From Nitrospirota bacterium (lineage in GTDB: Bacteria; Nitrospirota; Thermodesulfovibrionia; Thermodesulfovibrionales; Dissulfurispiraceae), in assembly GCA_963790025.1 (NCBI GenBank), contig CAWBMP010000004.1, forward strand, positions 320,001 through 384,000: a stretch of DNA of 64,000 bases, read 5' to 3'. Positions 39,630 through 47,411 of this stretch are shown in pieces (position 1 is the stretch's first letter; the number at the start of each line of letters is the position of its first letter). Made by a program: the position numbers and the translations under genes. The notes beneath the pieces were generated by a model that worked only from the letters and a program-made list of their open reading frames with translations, searched no databases and was not told where the DNA came from.

Positions 39630-39778
39630 AAAGAACAGTTTACTAAAAATACTACAAAAATGTAAAGGTAGTTATTATATTGTCGCGGCAGTCTGAAGAT
39701 TAACTCTGGCAGCCACTACTGATGAGCCCGATGATCAAGAGCTAAAAAAAACCGGCCCACACCGGATTTGCAATAAAG

Positions 39779-39806
39779 TTGACATCATTGCATAATATTG
39801 TATATT
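39779..39806 (+). promoter_or_regulatory. Putative sigma70 promoter of the tRNA pair
   Basis: TTGACA-N16-TATATT shortly upstream of tRNA-Gln. Confidence 0.55.
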
Positions 39807-39829
39807 TTAAAAAGCTAAGCTTGGAGCGT

Positions 39830-39903
39830 TGGGGAGTCGTCCAACGGCAGGACGACAGACTCTGGATCTGTTTATAGGGGTTCGAATCCTCTCTCCCCAG
39901 CCA
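39830..39903 (+). tRNA. tRNA-Gln(CTG)
   Basis: Acceptor tggggag/ctcccca, anticodon arm acaga-ctCTGga-tctgt, GTTCGAATC, encoded CCA. Confidence 0.95.
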
Positions 39904-39974
39904 AATAGCATTAAAGCGTTGAGCGTTATAGCGTTATGCCGTAACGCTCAATGTTTTACGCTAAGAAACAAAAT

Positions 39975-40050
39975 GGTCCCATCGTCTAGAGGCCTAGGAC
40001 GTGGCCCTCTCAAGGCTAAAACACGGGTTCGAATCCCGTTGGGACCGCCA
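39975..40050 (+). tRNA. tRNA-Glu(CTC)
   Basis: Acceptor ggtccca/tgggacc, anticodon arm tggcc-ctCTCaa-ggcta, GTTCGAATC, CCA. Confidence 0.95.
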
Positions 40051-40051
40051 A
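40007..40051 (+). repeat. att site (tRNA-proximal direct repeat)
   Basis: ctctcaaggctaaaacacgggttcgaatcccgttgggaccgccaa. Confidence 0.92.
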
Positions 40052-40084
40052 TTTTTCAATGAGTTACAAAACTACCGAAAGCCA

Positions 40085-40103
40085 GCGTGCTAATTTCGTG
40101 CTA
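40085..40103 (+). promoter_or_regulatory. Putative integrase arm-type binding site doublet
   Basis: gcgtgctaatttcgtgcta, repeated identically at 49378-49396 inside the other end. Confidence 0.65.
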
Positions 40104-40143
40104 ATTTAAGGCTAAAACACATAGAATGTACTTTTTATATTTT

Positions 40144-41265
40144 TTAGGATTCACCCTGATCACGCTTTCCATCTGACATTTTCTTTAGTTTCCTATCCAA
40201 TATCGAGAGTGGCTGACGTAAAGCCTCCATATTGAGATGGGCATACCTCAATGTCATGCGCAGATCCTTATATCCCAGCAACGCAGCTATAAGCGACAGT
40301 TCGACATGTCCTTGTCGCAAATAAGAGGCAAAGCAGTGCCGCAAGTCATGAAATCGGAAATCATCGATCTCGGCATCTTGAATCACTTTTCTGAAAGCTC
40401 GCTGAACAGTCCTTGCCGTCAGTTGTTTATTGTTGTAATTAAAAACGTAAGGACTGTCTCTCTTGTCGCTTTCAATTATTTCTTTTAAAGCTTCAAAAGC
40501 TGACATCGAAAGCGGATTACCAAAGTTCTCATTGTTTTTCATTTTTCTGCTGGTTATTGCAATTGTCTTATCGGCAAGATTCACTTCGCTTTTCCGTAGA
40601 TTTATGAGGTTTCCCTCTCGCAAACCTGTGCATATAGCTACATTCACCATATATCTTAACCAAGGCTCTGCATTGTCCAGTCGCACAAATAGTTTTGTAA
40701 ATTCTTCTTGTGTAAGATACCTAACTCCAAGTGGTGAGTCTTCCGGAAGTTCGATGCTGGAGACTGGATTGGCGACGTTCCATTTCCATTGTTTACGGGC
40801 AACATTGAACATTCTACGAAGCAGAGTTAGTTCTTTTCTGATAGTACCGCTCTTGGGGGGCACTTGCCTTTTGGTGACCTGCCCTTCCCTCCACGCCTGA
40901 TAGTTTCCGACTTGTTTGCAGACAAGTTTAAGGGATGCATTTTCACCAAAGAACGCATATAGATGTTTAAAAATAGTTTTGTCACGCTTCTTCTGATAAT
41001 ATTCTTTCTTTTCGGTATACAGCTTATCATAACGTGAAATCATATCTTTAAGTTTTATACGACCGCTTTGTTCTAAATCGAACCATTTTTCCTCGGTGAC
41101 CAGAGTTTTGGTTTTCATCAAAATCTTTTTTGCCAGGTCACCAGTACCAGTTGACTGCCGCACCTGAATGCCGCCCACAGTAAATCGCATGTGATAAATT
41201 CCATTCCTCAAAAAGAGTCCCCTTATCATGATGTTGCTCATCTTATCCTTTTCTGTTCTGCTCAT
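40144..41265 (-). CDS. Tyrosine recombinase/integrase
   Basis: TGLR, FHDLRH, LLGY(H expected)KDLRMTLRYAH; N-terminal arm-binding-like region. Confidence 0.93.
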   Translation of the reverse strand: MSRTEKDKMSNIMIRGLFLRNGIYHMRFTVGGIQVRQSTGTGDLAKKILMKTKTLVTEEKWFDLEQSGRIKLKDMISRYDKLYTEKKEYYQKKRDKTIFKHLYAFFGENASLKLVCKQVGNYQAWREGQVTKRQVPPKSGTIRKELTLLRRMFNVARKQWKWNVANPVSSIELPEDSPLGVRYLTQEEFTKLFVRLDNAEPWLRYMVNVAICTGLREGNLINLRKSEVNLADKTIAITSRKMKNNENFGNPLSMSAFEALKEIIESDKRDSPYVFNYNNKQLTARTVQRAFRKVIQDAEIDDFRFHDLRHCFASYLRQGHVELSLIAALLGYKDLRMTLRYAHLNMEALRQPLSILDRKLKKMSDGKRDQGES

Positions 41266-41593
41266 TTTTTTCTGACAGGCTCTTTAACAAAACTTTCAAA
41301 TTATCATCGAGAGAATGACTCAGAACTATAATCCGAATCCAGTCTATCTATCTGTTTTAGCAGTACATTTAGCCAAAAACATTTAGTTATTGTCTTAGCT
41401 CAGAAAAGGCTAATACAAGGAAGGCCACTTATGATAAAGGCAGGTTATGCAAGCAATAGTGATACAAAATATTACTTACTAATAACAAAGATTGTCTGAT
41501 GAAAGTATCGCACTCATTTTTTTTGATTAATTTATAAATCTGCGGCTTGAAAATATCCAATTCATACTCACCTTTGATTCCATTATTTGTCCT

Positions 41594-41630
41594 ATGACTA
41601 TCGACTACCATTGAGCTATAATATTGTAGT
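41594..41630 (+). promoter_or_regulatory. Putative promoter of the island cargo operon with flanking imperfect palindrome
   Basis: ATGACT-N17-TATAAT; actacca...ttgtagt brackets the -10; AGGAGG RBS downstream. Confidence 0.4.
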
Positions 41631-41653
41631 TTTTAGATAAAGGAGGCAATTTC

Positions 41654-41956
41654 ATGAGTATTCAGAGCAACATAGTTGAGGCAATAAGGTCTAAACGAAA
41701 ACTCGAATTGAACTATAAGAATGAAGGTCTAAGATTGGTATTGCCTCATGCGATTTATATAAGCACTACGGGGAAAACACTTGTTGATGCATATCAAACA
41801 TCAGGATATTCTACTCATTTAGAAAAAATACCAGACTGGAGACAATTTGATGTGGCTAAAATTAGTAATATTACAGTGTTAGAGGAAACTTTTAACATTG
41901 CATCGGGATATAATCCATCGTCTGATAGGTATTCAAATGCAATTTCAAAAGTCTGA
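41654..41956 (+). CDS. Stand-alone WYL-domain protein
   Basis: AIxxKRKLELNY...RLVLPH...VDAYQ...WRQFDVAKISNI...F pattern; no HTH. Confidence 0.75.
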   Translation: MSIQSNIVEAIRSKRKLELNYKNEGLRLVLPHAIYISTTGKTLVDAYQTSGYSTHLEKIPDWRQFDVAKISNITVLEETFNIASGYNPSSDRYSNAISKV

Positions 41957-41973
41957 GAGACAACCGAAGCCCC

Positions 41974-42441
41974 ATGCAAAATTATAAAATTCACTTTGAC
42001 AGCTATCAAGATTTTGAATTGCGAAATGTCAAACAGCTAATGGGGGTATGTGGGCTTTATTTTATTTTCCTAAAGAAGACAGTAATACCATATCCATTTG
42101 CAAAATCAAGATTAATCTACATAGGCATGAGTGAAAAGAAAACGAATAGCATAGGCAAAAGACTTTCAGACCATTTTGATGGCATATCAGGGAATGAAGG
42201 GCTGCTCAATTACAAAAAGACAGAAGGGCTATTTTTTACTTATTTGAATTTTGAAATTCTAAAACGACTTTGGACTTATCGTATTGAGGATTTAGAGAGC
42301 TATTTTATTCTTGATTTCCTCAAGCATTATGGGGTATACCCTATCTGTAACAATAAAAGTGGTTTTGAAATTAAGAAATATGATTTGCCAATAACTTTAA
42401 CAATCGATTGGAACTATTTTGGACAGGTGCAAGATAAATGA
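41974..42441 (+). CDS. GIY-YIG superfamily nuclease
   Basis: GLY...YIGMS, KRLSDH (Arg), DLESYFI (Glu), PICN (Asn). Confidence 0.75.
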   Translation: MQNYKIHFDSYQDFELRNVKQLMGVCGLYFIFLKKTVIPYPFAKSRLIYIGMSEKKTNSIGKRLSDHFDGISGNEGLLNYKKTEGLFFTYLNFEILKRLWTYRIEDLESYFILDFLKHYGVYPICNNKSGFEIKKYDLPITLTIDWNYFGQVQDK

Positions 42442-42629
42442 GCGATGAGATAAAGAGTGGACAAGATATACTTCAAACCTTCTTTTCAGAAATAACGACA
42501 ATTGAAGACGTAGATTCAGAAATAGCACTCACGATACAGAATCTTTTTAATCAGGACAAATTGACAATTGCAATTATTTCACAAGAACTCGCAAGGCTTA
42601 GAGAGAAAACGGCAAATGGTAAAAGTTAG
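42438..42629 (+). CDS. Small acidic helical hypothetical protein
   Basis: ATGA overlap with the upstream stop and 14-nt overlap with the downstream start. Confidence 0.7.
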   Translation: MSDEIKSGQDILQTFFSEITTIEDVDSEIALTIQNLFNQDKLTIAIISQELARLREKTANGKS

Positions 42630-45051
42630 AAATATTGCTTTGTACGGCTTCAGGGGGGTAAGGAAGTCACTCGAAATGAATCTTGAGTCTTCCAAATCAT
42701 TACTCCTGTATGGAGACAATGGCAGTGGGAAGAGTTCTATATCTGATGCGTTTGAATGGTTCTACAGGGATAAGGTTGACCACTTAAGCAAAGAAGAAAT
42801 AGGAACGAAGGGAACTGATGCCCTGAGGAACATATTCTTGCCCGATGATAAAGATGCTCTTGTTGAATTTAAATTTACCGAACCCAAGTATGATGCGGGC
42901 AAAAAACTATTTTATAAAAAGGCAAAACTGACATCGGCATATTCACCGTCTTCAGACGATCTTAACTCTTATCTCGCTCAATCTTTATCCGAAAATCTGT
43001 TTCTACGTTATAAAGACCTTCTCCGTTTTATTTTAGCCACTAAGGCAGATAAGCTTAAAGAATTATCGCAGATCATCGGATTTGCCGAAGTCACAAAAGT
43101 AAAAACTATATTAAAAAAAGCTACGAGTGACCTTAATAGGGACTTCAAGCAAAAAAACTATGAGCAGCAGATTAGCCAAAAACAGGCTTTAATTCTTGAA
43201 CAATTGGAACAACACATCACTAATGATGAACAGTATTTCAATGCGATTAAAGAACTAGTTGCTCCTTTAGGTGTTACCGTTGAAGTCAATGATGAGAAAA
43301 ACATAGATGAAATATTGGAATTAATAAGGAAGCCCGAAGATAAGGACCCAATACTTGACCAAGCATCTTATGAAAAAGCTGTCGAGGCATTAAATAACCT
43401 GCGTGGTCTTATTAAAAGTATTCTTGCAGCATATGAGACTTTCTTCGGCAAATATCAGGCTATTATTAATGATATTAAGAAGCTTAATAAAATTAGTCTT
43501 GAGAACCTATTATCTGAAGGGTTATCTGTTCTTGAAAAAAGATTATTTGACGATGACAGATGTCCCCTCTGTTTGCAAAACAAGGAGAGGGAATCCTTAA
43601 TTGATGAATTAAGAAAACGAATCGAAGAATTAACCCTAATTAAGAAGGAGAAAGACGAATTAGAAGAAGCACAGAAATTCACACTTAACGTCTTTCAATC
43701 TGCCGTAACCGAGATTAATACGGCATTGAGGGAAAGGGCATTTTCAAAAGAGGCACACACCGAGACAAAAAAGAACATTGAACATATAAAGAAAACGCTA
43801 TCGACTTCTCTTGAAAATCTTAACAAATACACACTTAATAACCAGATCGAAATACCGAAGCCAAGTGACTTCATTGTGTATGATGAAGCTATCTTGCAGA
43901 AAGCCATATCAGTCTTTACAGAAGAGAAGACGAAAATATCTAAGCAAAAAAAGGATGACAAGAAATTCTCGGCAAACAGCAAAATAACTTTGGCAAGACA
44001 GGCATACAAAGAAATCAAAGCTCTGAAGGTTGAGGTTGAGAAATATCAGAACCAAATACTTTCAATGGAGCTTATTTGCAATAACTTCATCAAGAGGCAA
44101 AAAGAGGCGCTTACAGTATTTCTAAGGGCAATTTCAAAAGACATAAATGAATTATATTTGTATATGAATGATGCAGAGAAAGTCGACGAAATAGAGCTTA
44201 TTACTCTCGGTGACGACGATGATTTTGAGGGAATTACAATACAGTTTAAGTTTCATGGGGCAGTCGTTTCTCCTCCAGATAAGTACCTAAGTGAATCGCA
44301 TCTTAATTGTCTCGGAATATGTTTATTCTTATCATCGGTGAGGGCATTCAACAAGGTTAATAAGTTTTTTATCCTTGATGATGTAATTTCAAGCTTTGAC
44401 AGAAATCATCGTGGACGCTTCGCTCATTTATTGAAGGAGAAGTTCTCAGATTATCAGATCCTTCTTTTTACACATGAAAAAGATTGGTTTGAATATGTTG
44501 CCAATATGGTTAAGGGACTCAACTGGCTTGTAAAAAGAACAATTTGGAATCATGAAGAAGGAGCAAGCATTGAAATTCCCTTGTACGACTTAAAACAAAG
44601 AATCGATGCCAAGATTGATAAATCTGATACCTCAGAACTGGGCAATATGATAAGACAGTATCTCGAGCGATTGCTTAAAGAGGTATGCTACAGCTTAGAA
44701 GTCAAAGTTAAATTTCTTTACAATGACAGAAATGAAACCAGAATGGTTAATGAACTGTTATCTGAAATGAAAGCGAAATTGAAAGAAAGGAAGTGTGATA
44801 TTACTAACCATTTGGTATTCGATAGATTGGCATCTTCTGTTTATCTTGGAAACGTCACTTCTCACGATAGTTTATATTCTGAGAGCATCGCGGATTTAAT
44901 GATGCTATATAAAGACGTAGTTGAACTGGAAAGCCTTTTCAGATGCAATAACGATAACTGCCACAAACTTATTGCCAAGAAGCATTATGATGACGTTAAC
45001 AAGAAGATACGCTGTTCATGTGGACATTTGACATATGACTGGAAAAAATGA
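42616..45051 (+). CDS. Rad50/SMC-like ABC ATPase with zinc hook and RloC-like C-terminal HEPN plus Cys-rich tail
   Basis: FRG, Walker A GDNGSGKS, coiled coils around CPLC, signature LSESH, Walker B ILDDVISSFD, FTHE; NMIRQYLE...GNVTSH; CNNDNC...CSC. Confidence 0.8.
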   Translation: MVKVRNIALYGFRGVRKSLEMNLESSKSLLLYGDNGSGKSSISDAFEWFYRDKVDHLSKEEIGTKGTDALRNIFLPDDKDALVEFKFTEPKYDAGKKLFYKKAKLTSAYSPSSDDLNSYLAQSLSENLFLRYKDLLRFILATKADKLKELSQIIGFAEVTKVKTILKKATSDLNRDFKQKNYEQQISQKQALILEQLEQHITNDEQYFNAIKELVAPLGVTVEVNDEKNIDEILELIRKPEDKDPILDQASYEKAVEALNNLRGLIKSILAAYETFFGKYQAIINDIKKLNKISLENLLSEGLSVLEKRLFDDDRCPLCLQNKERESLIDELRKRIEELTLIKKEKDELEEAQKFTLNVFQSAVTEINTALRERAFSKEAHTETKKNIEHIKKTLSTSLENLNKYTLNNQIEIPKPSDFIVYDEAILQKAISVFTEEKTKISKQKKDDKKFSANSKITLARQAYKEIKALKVEVEKYQNQILSMELICNNFIKRQKEALTVFLRAISKDINELYLYMNDAEKVDEIELITLGDDDDFEGITIQFKFHGAVVSPPDKYLSESHLNCLGICLFLSSVRAFNKVNKFFILDDVISSFDRNHRGRFAHLLKEKFSDYQILLFTHEKDWFEYVANMVKGLNWLVKRTIWNHEEGASIEIPLYDLKQRIDAKIDKSDTSELGNMIRQYLERLLKEVCYSLEVKVKFLYNDRNETRMVNELLSEMKAKLKERKCDITNHLVFDRLASSVYLGNVTSHDSLYSESIADLMMLYKDVVELESLFRCNNDNCHKLIAKKHYDDVNKKIRCSCGHLTYDWKK

Positions 45052-45107
45052 CAGCTTCATCAACTAGTGGATATTGGTCATAGGCGGCTAAAAGGAGAAC
45101 CGGTTTT

Positions 45108-47411
45108 ATGCCAGCAGCAAAGAAAACTTTAGCTATCGAACGAAAAAGCGGCACAATTTTTAGCCATATCCGTCAGAAGTGGCTTGTTGAAACACCGGAA
45201 GAGCGTGTCCGTCAAGAATATCTTTGTGTTTTAGTCAATGAATACGGATATAGTCTTGATCAAATGGATGAAGAACTCTCAGTTGTTGGCAGAGGGGCAG
45301 CAGACGCAAGAGCTGATTTTCTAATATGGCGAACGCCTCAGGAAAAGGCCGATAAGAAAACTGCGTTAGTTGTTGTTGAGTGCAAGGCTGATAATGTTAC
45401 CATCGACAGTAAGACATATTTGCAGGGCGCTAATTATGCACAGTATGAACGAGCAAAGTTCTTTGTTACTCACAATAACCGCGAAACCAAATACTGGAAG
45501 GTTGATCTTGAGCGAAGAATGCCTAATTATGATGAGATTGAAGATATTCCCCATGCAGAAGCAACCGATGAAGAGATCAAAGAAATCATTTCTCGCCTCA
45601 AGGTATTTCGTGAAGATCAATTTGCCGACCTGTTGCATCAATGTCACAACATCATAAGGAACAGAGAAAAGCTTGACCCTGCCGCAGCTTTTGATGAGAT
45701 AGCCAAGATACTTTTTGTCAAAGTCAGTTTCGAGAGGCGTCTGAAAGTTGGTCGGCAGAGAAAGAATCTTTTTTCCAAGGATTTCTTGGTTCAGCAGAAA
45801 AACCTATATGAGGACCCTATAGATACGCTGTTTACCGAAACGAAGAAAGAATACCGGGCCGATAAAATATTTGAACAGGATGAAAAGATAAATCTCAAGT
45901 TCAATACCGTCAAAGACATCATAGAGAAACTTGAGCGCTACAATCTCTCTGATACTTCAGAAGACGTAAAGGGAATCGCCTTTGAAAAGTTTTTGGGGCG
46001 GACCTTTCGCGGTGAAATAGGACAATTCTTCACTCCCCGGACAATTGTCGAGTTCATGATCAGAATGGTTGACCCCAAAGAAGGTGACATTATTTGTGAT
46101 CCCGCTTCCGGCTCAGGAGGCTTTCTGATCAGATTTTTTGAGATAGTCCGGGAACAAATATTGCTGGACGTTGACAACGAATACCGAAAATACAAGGAAG
46201 AGATCGATACAAAGAAATACACAAAGAAAAAGAAGGCTGACCTGCTGCGCAAAAAATATGAGCAGTTGCAGAGACAGATAAATCCATACGCCAGCAGAGC
46301 AGAATCGAGCAGGGAGGATCGACAGGTTTCCCGTATATGGAGGCTTGCTAACACATGCATTTACGGCTGCGATGCAAATGACAGGATGGCACGGACAAGC
46401 AAAATGAACATGATCATGCACGGCGACGGCCACGGCGGGGTACATCATCATGACGGCTTTATCAATGTGAACGGCATTTTTGAAGAGCGCTTTAACATTG
46501 TTCTTACCAATCCACCCTTCGGCGCAAATGTCGAAGAGTCAGACATAATTGAAGAATCCCATGTGGCTATTCCTGACGATATTGAAAAAAAATACAAAAC
46601 GGACTATGGAACCCTTTACAAAGAGGCCATAGATAAGGTCAGGGCTGCTGTTGGCAAATCGATTCTAAATCTTTTTGACTTGCCCAAGACGGGTAGGATT
46701 AAAACAGAAATACTGTTCATGGAACGTTGTCTTGCATTATTAAAGCCAGGGGGCAAGCTCGGCATTGTCCTTCCCGAAGGCATTTTCAATAATCCATCAC
46801 TTGCATATGTCAGGCAATACTGCGAAGAAAGAGCATTCATAAGGGCAGTAGTGTCTCTTCCCCAGGAGACATTTTTTTCATCCGGGGCAAGCGTCAAGGC
46901 TTCGCTTTTGTTTATGCAGAAATTCACTAACAAGGAAAAGGCGGGCTTCGATGCTCTAAAAACAGCAGCCTTGGCTGAAATTGAGGAAAAGAAAAAAGAG
47001 CAAAAAAACCAACTTCTCGAGATTATTGGAAAACAGAATTATAATCAAAGTGACTTTTTGCCTGAGGGGACGGAGAACTATTCAAAAGAACAGAAAGCAA
47101 AGGCTTCAGAAAAAGCTAAAGAAGGCAATATAAAACTCAGAGAAGAAAAAGACAGGGCAAAAAAAGCACTGAAGGAACTGGAAGAGATAATTCTAAAAGA
47201 AGCAAGAGCGCTTCTTAAGGAAAGATTCAGCTATCCGATTTTCATGTACGAGGCCGAAAAGGTAGGCATTACGGCGACAGGCGAGGCCGATTCCAACGAA
47301 CTTTATCCGAATGATAATATGCCCCCGGATATTGAAAAGACGTGTCTGGAAACTTATCGGGAATTCAGGGAAAATCCTAAACCTTTTATGATATTGGAGC
47401 GAGAAGAGTGA
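45108..47411 (+). CDS. Fused restriction endonuclease (HsdR_N-like PD-(D/E)xK) and N6-adenine methyltransferase
   Basis: TPEERVRQ, ADFLIW...VVECK, GQFFTPR, DPASGSGGF, NPPF; no helicase motor. Confidence 0.9.
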   Translation: MPAAKKTLAIERKSGTIFSHIRQKWLVETPEERVRQEYLCVLVNEYGYSLDQMDEELSVVGRGAADARADFLIWRTPQEKADKKTALVVVECKADNVTIDSKTYLQGANYAQYERAKFFVTHNNRETKYWKVDLERRMPNYDEIEDIPHAEATDEEIKEIISRLKVFREDQFADLLHQCHNIIRNREKLDPAAAFDEIAKILFVKVSFERRLKVGRQRKNLFSKDFLVQQKNLYEDPIDTLFTETKKEYRADKIFEQDEKINLKFNTVKDIIEKLERYNLSDTSEDVKGIAFEKFLGRTFRGEIGQFFTPRTIVEFMIRMVDPKEGDIICDPASGSGGFLIRFFEIVREQILLDVDNEYRKYKEEIDTKKYTKKKKADLLRKKYEQLQRQINPYASRAESSREDRQVSRIWRLANTCIYGCDANDRMARTSKMNMIMHGDGHGGVHHHDGFINVNGIFEERFNIVLTNPPFGANVEESDIIEESHVAIPDDIEKKYKTDYGTLYKEAIDKVRAAVGKSILNLFDLPKTGRIKTEILFMERCLALLKPGGKLGIVLPEGIFNNPSLAYVRQYCEERAFIRAVVSLPQETFFSSGASVKASLLFMQKFTNKEKAGFDALKTAALAEIEEKKKEQKNQLLEIIGKQNYNQSDFLPEGTENYSKEQKAKASEKAKEGNIKLREEKDRAKKALKELEEIILKEARALLKERFSYPIFMYEAEKVGITATGEADSNELYPNDNMPPDIEKTCLETYREFRENPKPFMILEREE

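Noticed and set aside
39829..40062. 77-aa ORF
   Set aside because: Overlaps two clear tRNA genes
41429..41611. 60-aa ORF upstream of the integrase as a possible excisionase
   Set aside because: No HTH-like pattern or RBS; AT-rich intergenic DNA
39830..45051. Functional link between the tRNA-Glu/Gln insertion site and the putative anticodon nuclease target
   Set aside because: tRNA genes are generic integration sites; nothing in the sequence supports more than coincidence
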